A DNA stretch of 64,000 bases from NCBI GenBank assembly GCA_964016885.1, contig OZ024743.1, positions 160,952,001 to 161,016,000 of the forward strand, read 5' to 3'. The notes beneath the pieces are model-generated. The model made no database searches. It saw nothing but the letters and a program-made list of their open reading frames with translations, and was not told the origin of the DNA. A program made the translations under genes and the position numbers. This document shows positions 1 to 13,363 of this stretch, in pieces (the first letter of the stretch is position 1; every line of letters starts with the position of its first letter). Source of the stretch: Eledone cirrhosa (Eukaryota).

Positions 1-527
1 TCTGTTTTAAATACACCATAGTTATTTAGATAATTATGCCCCTTTGTAACCGCCATTTTAGATTTATAAGTTAGTCCTCATTTAAAATTATTCGTGATTA
101 AGGTATGAACTCCGACGTATACTTGCTTCTGGGTATTCCTCTGAAGGAATAATTATACCAGTAATAGTAAAATTCATATGCTGTTGCATAGATTGGGGAG
201 TGCCCTCCAGCAACATCATTAAAGACAATAATGTTTCTTCTCTGAAGATTCTAATTAAATAATCTTTATAATAAATATGCATACGCATATATATATAGAC
301 CTGTTATATTGCTTTTATCCCTTAGATGAAACACTGTGTAAGGAGTAAATTTTGTTTTTAAATGTCTTGCCTTCTCCATTTATTTTTGCTGATATATATA
401 TTATTATTATTAGAAATGTTAGCTATCGCCGTATTTTGACTAAAGAAATTAAAGAAATTATTTAGCCTGATAGTGGGGTTAAGAAACCTCGGAGAAATGG
501 AAAAAGATGAGTATTGACGTACATGAC

Positions 528-548
<21 letters not shown>

Positions 549-563
<15 letters not shown>

Positions 564-2617
564 GAAGATGTCTGTCTGCGTCTCTGTTTCCCTAAAACTC
601 GAGAAGTACCCAACCGTTTTTTGTTCAAACTTTACACATGTAACCCGTATGGCCCCGGAAGTGTTTTGAGCAAAAACAAATTTCAAATTATTCTGATCTA
701 GAGATCGAATTAGTGAAGTAGCCACTGTCTGTACATAATGATGGAGTGAGAGGGGAAAGAAAGAAACGGAGAGGCGAAGTGAAGAAGTGGCTCTCTACCC
801 CTCCTCCTCCTTCTCCCCATTCGTCACACCGTTTTTCGATAGAGGGGAGAAATGTGAACGAGTTACAGAGAGAGAGAGTGAGAGTGAAAGAAACAGACAG
901 ATTAAAAGAGGGGGATAGCGGGAGAGAGAGAGAGAGAGTGACAGACGCCGTCTTTTGAGAGTTGTATGCGTCAAAGATACATGACAGTGGAATAACTATT
1001 GCGTGTGTGTGTACGTGCGCGCGTGTGTGTGTGAGTTTGTGCGCGTTTGCATGCGTGAGTGTGTATGTGTGCGTGAGTGATTGTAAACTCTCTCACGTGG
1101 TCTGATGGAATTAACCCTTTAGCATTTACATTACTCTATATCTAATATATATTTGTGAAATGGGTAGTGGTTGAAATTCAGAAGTTCACGGTTAAATGGT
1201 AGTAGACGTAGTCGGACGGACATGAAAAAAGTGCCAAGGAAGCAAATAGACGAGGTTTCAAATCTGTAACTTGAAAAATTTGGTCCCTAGGGCCCCTAAA
1301 CGGTCTATTTACTATCGCGTTCGGTGAGTTATTTCCCCCTGTTCTAATACTTGGATGAGTTATTTACAATTTCATACAAATGTTTGAACTCATCAACGTT
1401 CTTTCGCTGTTAACATACAGTACCAATAATTTGAAAAATATTATTGAAAGTTTATTATAAAGAAACAGTTTCAGGAAAAAAAATAGAAATATGCACTTGG
1501 GGCTGGACGGCGTACGATGAGAAGTGGAGCGACGTGAAAAGCGTTGTTTATTAACAGCGAAATAGCAATGTCGATGATATGCAAGTTTGAAAATGCAGAT
1601 TAATAAACTGTTGCTTTCTACAGTACGTTTCATTTTCATTTTTCAATTACAGTGGCTCTATATTAAATTTAAATACTTCTATAACGATCATACAGTACCG
1701 TTTTATGAAATCGATTCTGCAGTAGAATTTTACGAAATGCCAAATCGAAAAAGGTCAGTTTTCTAACAAAAGAAATAAAACCCTTACCTTTTCATTGTAC
1801 GCCGTCCAGTCCCAAGTGCGTATTTCTATTTTTTTCCTGAAACTGCTTCTTTATAATAAACTTTCAATAATATTTTTCAAATTATTAACTTGAGTTATTT
1901 CCCCCTGTTCTAATACTTTCTATATTCATTGTCTTATTTACAATTTCATACAATTTTTTAAACTCATCAATTTCTTTCGCTGCGTTCTTTTGCAGCGTTC
2001 TTTCGCCGTTAACATACAGTACCGTTTTATGAAATCAATTCTGTAGTACCATTTTACGAAATGCCAAACCCAAAAAGGTCACTGTGTTCCATCAAAAGAA
2101 ATAAAACCGTTAAATTGCGAAGAAGGGAGTCATGTTCTCAAGTACGTTTTTTTCAGATATCATTTTCATTTTAATTCTAATACATGTTAACCACCACTAA
2201 CAGTATTTTCAAACTTGCATATCATCGACATTGCTATTTCGCTGTTAATAAACTATCATCCTTCTACATTTAACGATCATACAGTACCGTTTTATGAAAT
2301 CGATTCTGCGGTAGAATTTTACGAAATGCCAAACAGAAAAAGGTCACTGTTTTCTAACAAAAGAAATAAAACCCTTACATTGCGAACCCCCTGTTCTAAT
2401 ACTGGGGTTAGTTATTTCCCCCTCTTCTAATAAACGTCTAATATATAGAGGCCCCTCTTGCTGACCAGGGCAATCAAAGTGTAAACTATCATACAAACCC
2501 TCACGTCGCTCCACTTCTCATTGTACGCCATCCAGCCCCAAGTGCATATTTCTATTTTTTTTTCAAATTATTAACTTAATAAAAGTGTCCCCAGGTGCAA
2601 CCGGGCTCAGCTGCTAG
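549..2617 (+). mobile_element. Non-autonomous Helitron-like element with rearranged internal modules
   Basis: The 5' part (ATAAAAC..GA..ATGTCTGT...CCCTAAA.CTCGAGAAGTACCCA) is shared with the copy at 2619. The 3' end has a GC-rich hairpin-like CCCCAGGTGCAACCGGG then CTAG|T at 2614-2618. The 5' TC is obscured by (TA)n. Confidence 0.6.
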
Positions 2618-2618
2618 T

Positions 2619-3315
<697 letters not shown>

Positions 3316-3321
3316 TATATG

Positions 3322-3393
<72 letters not shown>

Positions 3394-4027
3394 CCGAATT
3401 TCCATCGGTTAATTTATCCGTATATGTATTCAGGTGAGAGAGAAAATGTCTTCTTTATAGCAGTCACAACAAACTTAGTTTCTACATGACTTTTAATAAT
3501 TCGAATTCTTTATATAGATTAAACTATCCGTCTACAAATATCTGGCATTTTGTCTATGAGACTTCTTCAGTGTATCCCAGAAAACTGGAGAGAAAATATT
3601 CTTAATAGGAGGGAGAGAGATATAATTCTTGTGAATGCTTAATTACTCATTACATCGTTCCATTTCTTTTCTTTTTTTCTCATATACAATATTTGAGACA
3701 ATGTAAATATTTAGAGAAACGAGGGATTGTGCAATGGGATTTGTGCTTCTGATCTGGCACATATGAGAAAATAAAAATCTTTGTGGAATTTTGTATCCGA
3801 ACTCACCAATATTCCTGCTATCATCCAGTTATAATTTTCTTCTATGCACCCTTTAAGTTGTACATAGAAGCAGCATTATTATCCGTATTCCATTTTCGTA
3901 ACACGTTACCAGTTTGGGAATACATCCAACAAAAGAGCTACAACTGTTCAGTTTTCACCAGGAACGAGCTGGTTGGCCGCGCATCGAGATAGGGGAATTT
4001 TGATAAATTGAGTCATTGCATATGAAG

Positions 4028-4142
4028 ATGTATGGCTGAGAGGTTAGAGAATGGGATTCGCAATCATGAGGTTGTGAGTTCGATTCCTGGACCGGGCGAT
4101 GCGTTTTGTCCTTGAGCAAGACACTTTATTTCACGTTGCTCC
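4028..4142 (+). mobile_element. tRNA-derived SINE, 5' part with CORE-like segment
   Basis: A-box TGGCTGAGAGG, B-box GTTCGATTCC, then TGTCCTTGAGCAAGACACTT resembling the CORE-SINE domain. Confidence 0.7.
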
Positions 4143-5752
4143 TTCTATCTGGAGTTGCGACCGATAGATGGTATTAGCATTTGGAAAGACTAATGGAAAC
4201 ATTGTTTCCTCAGTCCGATTTGACGAAAGTCGATCGTTCCCAAAAAATATTCAGGAGTAAGAGAGATAAATCTTCCTTATGGCAGTCTCCACCTTCAAAT
4301 AGCACCAATAAGCCTGGTTACTTATAAACAGTTTACGTCCCTAATTTTGATCTGTCAAAGTATGTGCCGATGAAGTCAGGAATTCCAGGTATCTGCAGAA
4401 TAACAGTTTAATATTTATATAAGCCATTTATTTTAACATTGTTGTTGTTGTTTCACGGTGGTGGTTGCTTAAAGAAATCATGTTTTTCTCACCTCTGAAT
4501 ATATTATACGGATAAATCAACGAATTACAATTTACCGTTCAACTATTTCATTTGAAATTCCTTCATCATGAAATCTTGACAACGATAGCTTTTGGCTGGA
4601 TTCATTTCCAAATTAGCATCGTAGCAAGGAAATGGAATACGGAAACCAACTGTGCACCTATGCCTGACTTCAGAACTGCAACAGAAGAACATTGGCCAGT
4701 GTGCAAACAAAATTCCACGAAGATATATTTGTGTGGGCGTGTGTGTATGTGTTAGTGGGAGGGAGTGTATGTGTGTAGAAATAAAACAGTATAGTATGTA
4801 TGAAATAATGTGATATGTTAATACTGCTTTAGGAGAGTCAATTTAAAAACACAAGAATACACAAGTTTACACAACTTATATTTCGTGATAAATCGATAGT
4901 TGGTTATCGATGATCGATTGCTTAGATCGATTTTTCTTGCGGTTTACGAACTATGAAATGGTAGCATAATGAAAAAAGAACTTAAAGTACTTATTTGTTC
5001 CTAAATATTTTGCTTTATATATGTACAAAATACTATGTGTTTCTCAAACGATATATGGCTCTTTCTATATATACATATGTTTTAATTTGAATTATTGATG
5101 CTCTGGGAAAATGTCCATTGAGCTTTTCTACTGAGAAACATAAACAAGATACACATTATATATGTTGTGATACCTTAAATTAGTATATAACTGCCCCAAA
5201 TTCTTAATTTTTTGAGCTGTTTATACTGTGACTAGTACTTCGCATCTCTTTCTAGCGGATACGACTGGCCATCGTATTTATATCTGCCGCCACTGTTAAA
5301 ACGTTCTCACACTATGCTGTCTATGGTTTTGGCTTAACTGTTATAACTGACAGTTATAACAGTATTTTGTACTCAATAATTTATTGGAACTTATCCAAAG
5401 TCGAATTCCTCTGATGATTGGTTCGTGTCTCCTGCAGCTTTACCAAAACCGACAGTTGGTGATCGATAAAAAAAAATCTCTCTTAACAGGTATCTATTCT
5501 TATATTAAACAGAAAAACACTCCTATGACGAAGTTAGTACAGGTAATGATGACCATATCGATCTGTTGATATGGTTTGATTGATTCTGCGTTTCAGAAAA
5601 TGCACGAAAAGTCGAAGAATTTGATCTGATAATGATGACCATCTCAGTCTATTGAAGTTGTCTGACTTCATCTATTTTTCTTATGTATATGTTGCTAGAT
5701 GTTGTTTATATCCCTAGAAAACGATATTTTATCGACCCGACAGTTATTTATG

Positions 5753-5786
<34 letters not shown>

Positions 5787-5845
5787 CATACACATATATA
5801 TATACACATATATATATATACATATATATATGTGTGTGTGTGTGT

Positions 5846-5913
<68 letters not shown>

Positions 5914-6004
5914 AGCGTGTTTACTTCTCTGAATAAGATATCTTAACGATCTCCCTTCATTGAAATGTCATGTATATTCGTGGCCAATTGGAGTTATGTA
6001 TAAT

Positions 6005-6077
<73 letters not shown>

Positions 6078-6159
6078 AAAACGTAAACAAATAAAAAAAC
6101 AATCGGTACAATATATAGAAAGGATATATTAGGTTAACGCTTGATATAGCAGGAGGAGG

Positions 6160-6197
6160 GTCGTAACGTTTCGGACGCTAGTTCTTCATCAGAAGAA
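6160..6197 (-). ncRNA. Minimal hammerhead ribozyme motif, probably decayed, in a PLE-type repeat (~6078-6290)
   Basis: Minus strand reads CTGATGA-AGAACTAGCGTCC-GAAA-CGTT, with palindromic AACGTT stem III; stems I and II are imperfect. Confidence 0.6.
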
Positions 6198-6304
6198 AGA
6201 ATGAGAAATAAGATAGATTGAGAGAACGGGCAGGTTGGAATTGGAAAAAATGTCTTTAGATAAAAATAACAGATAAAAATCTTTAGATAAAATATATATA
6301 TATA

Positions 6305-7041
6305 AGAGGTGTGTCAGAAAAGTTCCAGGACTGATGTCACAAAAGATTTATTTCAAACCCAAACTTCACATTAAGAATTTTCTCCTTCAGTTTTCTTCTG
6401 GAGTCTAATGCACTTTTCCATCCTTTCTGCCACGCTTGCGTGCACTCCTGGAAGGATTCTTCCGGGATCCTCCGCAGTCCGTCGTCACGGCCTTTTTGAT
6501 GTCGTCCACGTCTTCAAAACGGGTCCCCTCCGAGTCGTACTCGAAGATCCATGACTCATCACCGGTGATGACTGTCCCTAGCAAATCTGGTTCGGTTTCA
6601 AGACGCTCGAGGATATCCTGGCACACTTGCATGCGTCGACCCTTCTGGTCATCGTTCAGCAGTTTTGGAACCAACTTCGCGCAGACTTTCCGCATGACCA
6701 AATCTTCAGTGAGAATCATCCAGACGCTTTCCCGATTCATGTCCAGCTCATTTGGCATCAGTCGAACAGTCAGCCGACGATCGCTACACACCATCTGCCT
6801 GACGCGCTCAACGTTGACCTCAGTCCTGGTTGTTGAGAGCATTCCGCCCCTGGGGTCATCTTCCACGTCCTCGCGTCCTTCTTTAAACCTCTTTCACCAC
6901 TCAAAAACACGTGAGCGTGACATCGTCTCATCTCCATACACTTGCTGCAGCAATCCCAAAGGAGAAAACTCTTAGTGTGAAGTTTGGGTTTGAAATAAAT
7001 CTTTTGTGACATCAGTCCTGGAACTTTTCTGACACACCTCG
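6305..7041 (-). mobile_element. Internally deleted mariner transposon
   Basis: About 84-bp TIRs beginning (C/A)GAGGTGTGTCAGAAAAG, flanked by TA. Transposase motifs (RKVCAKLVPKLL, ITGDESWIFEYD) are fused directly to C-terminal GTRFEDVDDIK, so most of the catalytic domain is missing. Confidence 0.93.
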
Positions 7042-7166
7042 TATATATATATATATATATATATATGAAGGCGGCCGACCGAACTAGAAACTTCTAAATG
7101 TGTGGCCGCCTTCTTGTCTCTCTGCCTTTTCAGCCCCATGGATTATATTACTTTGTTAAATTTCGA

Positions 7167-7224
7167 ATACCTGATGATGTCACCGGATTCATACTGAACC
7201 CGGTCATTGAAATGTTCATAGTAT
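7167..7224 (+). ncRNA. Type I minimal hammerhead ribozyme motif in a PLE-like terminal repeat (~7066-7272) between (TA)n tracts
   Basis: Stem I ATAC/GTAT, core CTGATGA, stem II ACCGG..TTCA-TAC-TGAA..CCGGT, GAAA, short stem III ATG-TT-CAT, cleavage triplet AUA, followed by AATAAA. Confidence 0.75.
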
Positions 7225-7285
7225 AATAAACCTTTTACGGAATTTCACCAGTCCAGCCTCCTGTTATTTAATTATATATATATAT

Positions 7286-7655
7286 GAATAAATTTAGTCC
7301 TTCATCAGTGATCTTCCAACCTTCATTGGTATTTGATCGCTTTAAAGACCATATACCTCCGGTTGGTGCGAGCAACGACTAAAGAAAGTCGTTGGGACAT
7401 GTAAATAGGGGAACGAGCGAGACAGTAAACAATCAAAGATGGTAATGCAACGAAAAGTGAGGAAGAAGGAGTCAAGTCCCTGAAATCGATGAACATAAGT
7501 TCTGTGAAATCGTGGACGAGAGAGAATAAAGACCATCAAACCTTGTCGAAATGTGAGTAAGGAAAGAATTTCGCACAGGTCAAACGGGAGGAAGAAGGAG
7601 TCAAGTCCCTGAAATTGGTGAACATAAGTTCTGTGAAATCGTAGACGAGAGAGAA
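7286..7655 (-). repeat. PLE-like repeat fragment with ~60-bp internal direct duplication and truncated hammerhead 5' half
   Basis: GAAGAAGGAGTCAAGTCCCTGAAAT...GACGAGAGAGAATA occurs at ~7462-7527 and ~7591-7657. The minus strand ends CTGATGAAGGAC next to (TA)n. Confidence 0.45.
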
Positions 7656-7666
7656 TATATATATAT

Positions 7667-7874
7667 AACGAAGGAAATGTGGTAAGGAACCAGGTGGACC
7701 ATAACGCACCAAAGTACTCAATACTTAGGGTAGTAGAGTGGGTAATAGGAACAAGTAAGACCCCGACGGCTGAGCTCAAGCCGTTTCGACGGCTAATTCT
7801 GTACGGCTAATTCAGTACAGAATTAGCCGTCGAAACGGCTTGAGCTCAGCCGTCGGGGTCTTACTTGTTCCTAT
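7667..7874 (-). mobile_element. Fold-back PLE pseudo-LTR element (family A) with hammerhead 3' half
   Basis: 60-bp inverted arms 7745-7804/7815-7874 plus a one-sided tail 7667-7744, in (TA)n. Contains GAAACGGCT..AGCCGTC (stem III, GUC). Homologous to 46591-46768 and 10367-10441. Confidence 0.75.
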
Positions 7875-8224
7875 ATATATATATATATACAAATGAATAT
7901 ATAAAAGGGATAAACACTGATACAAGTATACATGTGTTTGCATTGCAAATGACCAAGTTAGCTAGATTGAAAAATACTAATTAAAATAATACGGTTCGCC
8001 TGTCTCGATTTAAAATAATAAATCAATAAAAACAAACCTATATTGGCAATAGCCGTGATACCTGGACAAATTTAAACTTCAAATTTCAAATTTGTTTCGT
8101 AACAATTAAGTGAAATTTTCTATTCCTGTGCTCTTCTGCAGGTATCCAGAAATTGGTAAGTTTCACTTCAAAATACTAATAGGAAATTTCACTTAATTGT
8201 TGCGAAACAATTAAGTGAAATTTG

Positions 8225-8360
8225 TACCCACGGATAAATCGAACAACCTGTAAGTTATTGACAAAGAACGCTACCATCGTTCCATCTACAATAGCCTTAC
8301 TTCTAATTACAGAAATTCCAACCACTCATCCATCAACGGGATCAATAGAACGGCCTCGGT
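8225..8360 (+). pseudogene. Penelope-like RT N-terminal fragment, inverted relative to the adjacent PLE
   Basis: Translates as DKSNNL*VIDKERYHRSIYNSLTSNYR; its reverse complement resembles 9528-9600. Confidence 0.6.
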
Positions 8361-8429
8361 TGAGCACACGTTGCAAGGAACCTCTCTTCTTGTGTCTGGT
8401 GATGTTGCTCCAGATTAATTGGTAGAGTA

Positions 8430-9800
8430 TTCCGTTTTCGCATAATCGCCAGAATATCTTCACAGTGCTTTTATTGAAAATTCTGTGCTATCGATGCTGC
8501 GGTGGGAAGTGCTATCCCGAAGAAATCTGAACAAGGGGTGTTGCCACTTCCACATTGTGCAGTAGATTGTACCACCTAACCCTTCGTTTTCTGTTCCGGT
8601 GGTGGTTGCGAACCACAAGAGATTCAACGAATTCTGTCTTGGTTAAATCCTCTGCGTCGTTGTAGTAGGACCTGTGTTTATGGAAGATCTGCTCGGTCAC
8701 TGATCGCCGGGTGATTCGAATGGAGAGGTTTTTAGATAGGCTATTGGTTATGATAGGGGAGTTTGGAGTTCCTATTGATATATTGGAGGGTTTTATTGGG
8801 CTTTCTCTACGAGCAGTATTGTCCGGTTTCGAGGCTTAGTGTGACGTTCAGGAAGTCCACAGGACTTAGATGGTGTTGGAGGGTAATCCGAAATTCCAAA
8901 TCGGTGAAGAGGTCCAGATCATTTCTGGTTCGGTCGGTTCCACGCCGGCTGAAGTTGTGGAGGGTGAGTAAACCATCGTCTTAATACAGGCTCCCTCCAA
9001 ACTATAGGAAACGATGTTTTAATTCTGTCAGTATATAGATCCAATAAGGTCGGTGATTTCTGCCGAGTCACTGGCTCCCATGCTCACATTGAAGGGGTGG
9101 TCGGGTGACTGCTTGGCCTAGAGTGACCCTTCGAGGCTTTGGAGTGAGTGGTGGGTGTGTAGCAGTAGTGTAGTTCCTGGTGAAGTCTAGGACTTTCTTC
9201 AGAATGGGGATGGTGATTGAAGCGTAATAGTTTTCAATGTCAGATTGGAGGATCTTGGTTCTCTCTTTGTTAATTCGTCGGAAGCAGTCAATGATTTTAG
9301 TCGTGTTAATCCAGAGGTTAAGCTTGGAATGTATCTTAATCCTAGGCGTAATACGGTCCAGAAGATGCTTGCTACTCTATCCTATATCCGACTTTGCGGG
9401 CTTGATGTGACGGGGTTGCGATTCAAGTCATGGTTATGGTCCTTCAGGGTGAAGTGTGGTTCCTGTGGGCTAAGGGGTTCGATGCGGTCTTGGGTGTGGA
9501 AGTCCGATATCATACGCTGGTCGGTTTTATTGATCCCATTGATGGATGTGCAGCTGGTATTTCTGTAATTAGAAGTAAGGTTGTTGTAGGTGAAACGGTC
9601 ATTTTATCTGAGTGTACCAGGGGGTTGTTCGTGTTCTTCAGTTCTAGCGATTACGCGAAAACGGAATACCCTATCAAATACGCTGGACGACCATCACCAG
9701 GGCCGTACCATACACAGGTGAGGAGGCCCTTGCAGCTTGTGCTCAGCCGGGGTACTTTGGATTTTGTTCATAAGGAAAATTTATGAATAAAAAATCTGAA
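8430..9800 (-). pseudogene. Decayed Penelope-like element reverse transcriptase and thumb/linker
   Basis: Minus-strand motifs ITLKDH, IENYYASIT, FNVSMGASDSAEITDLIG, GLY*DDGLL and RKRRVRWYN...HFPPQH..HRIFNKSTVK match PLE RT motifs; stops and frameshifts present. Confidence 0.85.
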
Positions 9801-10314
9801 CTGGTGACCACATGTATGCACCGATAGAAAATCGTGTCTATGCCTCAAGCTAACACAGGATCCTGGAAACAAATGATCCAAACCTACCAAGCGCTGGAGC
9901 CCTGAACCAACCGGCATTTAAGCCCGCACGGTGACTTGGACTTGGACTAACCCCACCCTACACTCCTACCCCAACACTCACACTTCCCCGGGGACCCACC
10001 TCCGGACACCCCGGGTCCATATCCCATTTTGTGACTCCTCACATAGTGTATCCATCATGAACCACCAACCAACGCTACTCGTAAGATTCTTTTTACATGC
10101 TATACTTCACATGTGTATGTGTGCAGATAGCTTTAGTACCCTCTCTCCCCAGTTTTCTTGTATGGTTGTATAAATGTAGCTAGTACATATGTGTGCAAAT
10201 GTGTATGATACCCGTAGGTGCGTGTGTGTAGACAATTTTACCACCCCTCTCCTCATGCGGACATGCATGGGCCTGTGTGTATGCATGTGTGATTGTGTGT
10301 GAAAATGCATGTGC

Positions 10315-10366
<52 letters not shown>

Positions 10367-10368
<2 letters not shown>

Positions 10369-10440
10369 CGAAGGAGTTGTGGTAAGGAACCAGATGGACC
10401 ATAACGCACCAGAGTACTCAATACTGGGGTCATACATTTT

Positions 10441-10441
<1 letters not shown>
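10367..10441 (-). repeat. Tail-only copy of PLE family A in (TA)n
   Basis: AACGAAGGA..TGTGGTAAGGAACCAG.TGGACCATAACGCACCA.AGTACTCAATACT matches 7667-7726. Confidence 0.75.
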
Positions 10442-10473
<32 letters not shown>

Positions 10474-10474
10474 G

Positions 10475-10549
<75 letters not shown>

Positions 10550-12214
10550 ATATATGTGTGCACGCTCATATGTGAGTGGGAATGTGCATGCATGTGTTTG
10601 TACACGGCTACGTGTGCATGGATGAATGCGTTTGATCTTGTGTGTGCATGCACACGTGTGCCTGTTTGCACACTCATGCGGCATGTGTGCATACTTTATC
10701 CACACACCTATCAATCTAATATGTGTAATTTATATACGTTACCCACTCGTCTATACACTTAATCATTTTCTGACTCTCTAAATGTTATTTTAACGTACTC
10801 CATTCCTGTCGTTAAGGTATTCATTTTCTATTTATCCATGCATTTCTATGTAAAGCCTCTTAAAACTCCTTATTATACCGATGTGTGTTTATGCACATGC
10901 TGTATGTGTACATTTAATACACACACTTCACCACAGGTTAGTACCCCACCCGCTCCATATTTTCCACATTATTATCTATTTTTAAACCTTTAAATTTTAT
11001 TTGATCTTATTTTATTTTATTTTATCCTATTCACTCATCTATTTACTAATTTATTCAACCATTTGCTTATTTACTTCTATTTAACCCACGTTTTATATTA
11101 TTCTTTTCTTAAATATAATCCTTCAGTTTCTAAACCCTGTCTGCACATAGACATACACCTCAACCCTACTCTCCCTATTCATATGACCATTATTCCTCTC
11201 CTCCAAAACTAGTCTTACCTAGTAACCACCCCTACCCTCACCCACAATACTTTCTTCTCCTGGCTCTTAGTCTGTCCAGATATACTTGCCATTCTTGCCC
11301 CCTACCTATGTATCCACCATCCCAGCTTACTACTATGACAAATTCGACCACAGCACTACCAAAGCTAGTTACCATATTTTACACACCCTGCAAAAATATA
11401 CACACCTTCTTGGGGTCCACTGAACACAACCCAAAACCGCTTGGCGCTGTGGTCGGAATGTTACCTATTTCTATACCTACTCTACATATCCATATGCATT
11501 GAGTAATCCCAGGATTAGTGGTCACCCCGGCCTCAACACCGCAGACTCCCTATATATATATATATGACATAATTTTCTTCCACATAATTTTCGTCAACCA
11601 AATTTTATTCACATGGGTTTTATCAATTTGATACTGCAACAATATACTCGTATATATGTATGCACATATGTACTAATATATGTATGCATGTATGTATATA
11701 TGCATATATCTATACATGCATATATATATGCATATATGTATGTAAGATTATATATATGCATAAATGTCTGTATGTATGCGTACATGTGTATGTATGTATG
11801 CTTGTTCTACTGTGTTGTGTGAATAATATCTATAGTGTCTTTATAGGAATTGCTCCGGAAAACTCAATATTAATGTGTAGAAAGATAAGCATAGGAAATT
11901 GGCTTTATCGGTGTTTGCTTTACAGGAAATCGCTAATGTTATCTATTGTGATCAAAATGTGTCATGGAAGGCCAATAATATCACGAATATCACGTGAGTA
12001 ATCAATCGTTCAATGATGATAAAAACGTTCGTTTATTTTAAATTGGACAACACTGTATTTTGGTTAATATTTGCTTTACCCAATACGAGTTTACGAGGAT
12101 TGATTTAAGGAATGAAAAATCATTATTAATATATTATGAACTTTAGGGTGTAGAATATGAAAAATTAATCAACTGCTGGTTTTTAATGCTTTGTGGTATT
12201 TAGTTATGTCACTT

Positions 12215-12360
12215 TACGTTTTGAGCTTAGATCTCTCTTTTGGCTTTTATCCTTTCGGGGTCGATAAAATAGGTACAAAGCAAGTAATGAGTTTTATTCT
12301 TGATTAAATAGATTACATCCTTTTCAGCTAAAAATGTTGGCTTCGTTCCAAAATCAACAT
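12215..12360 (+). mobile_element. Old copy of the main SINE family
   Basis: TTTATCCTTTCGGGGTCGATAAAATAGGTAC matches the core at 34790-34825. Confidence 0.55.
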
Positions 12361-13363
12361 GCTATTAAGCTATTTTGCTGATTGTCGTGGCGCAAGCAAT
12401 AAACATTTGGTGTGCATAGAACACAATACAGTTTTGATACCCAATGGGCCCAGTTCATTTCATGTATGCTGCTAATGTCAACTGTCTCATAACAATTAAA
12501 TGAACTTTATATTACGGCAACTATTTATGTATCCAAACATTATTACAAACTAACTAAATCAATTATTTGAATTATCGGTAATCTGAGATATCTATCAAAG
12601 GAATATCAGTCATATTGCTTATTTTTGGTGTGTGTAAGACAGGAATAACGATTATAGTACTTGACTGCTATTTATTTTATCAATCCTAGGAGAATAACAA
12701 AGTCGTTACAATACTTTATATTACAATACTTTATGTCACAGATAGGAATGACAATGGCAGTATAACTTTTATGTATATAGCACAATGAAAATACATATAT
12801 AAACTGGTAAATTCTTCTATTCGTCCCAAAATATCAGATAGATGTTACTGCATGGTCCCAGCTTATAGAATGGTATATGCGTTACTCCATAGGGTGGCAA
12901 AGGTGATGCACTGAAAGATCTAGTCCAATTTACTGAGATAGTATTTGTGAATGGTCCTCTCCATCTCGATCAAAGAAAGAGGGTGCTTCGGAGACCCAAA
13001 TGCTAGGTGTTTCCAGCGCTATATGTTAGACGATAAACCAATCAGTGAGCGGGCAACAGAGCCTGGATCTGACGCTAAATTCACCAGATTGAAAATATAT
13101 TGCTGCAGATCTTACCCCAGATAAGGCCACCTCAGAATGGTAAGATTGTAGTACCATAACCTTTTTCGCCGTCCCTCATTTTAACCCTTGGGGATATAGC
13201 TGTGATGGAAAGCCAGCTACGTCCAAGCCACGCTTAATGGTATTGATTTTTGGAAAAATGACATTTTGTTTTTTATCAAATAGAAGGCAAAAGAAAACCC
13301 TATGGCCTCAAATTGACTAAGGAACTGTACGACTGTTGCAAGTGATTGAAACTTCAAATATAT

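Noticed and set aside
295-395. GAAACACTGTGTA hammerhead-like 3' half between TA tracts
   Set aside because: No CTGANGA core or stem I partner upstream.
1680-2430. CRISPR-like array of repeated modules
   Set aside because: Irregular long modules with no unique spacers or cas genes, in a eukaryotic context.
4028-4105. tRNA gene
   Set aside because: Has A/B boxes but no complete cloverleaf, and continues into a SINE core.
12870-13250. Possible RTE-type leader remnant
   Set aside because: No matching copy in the window and no diagnostic motif.
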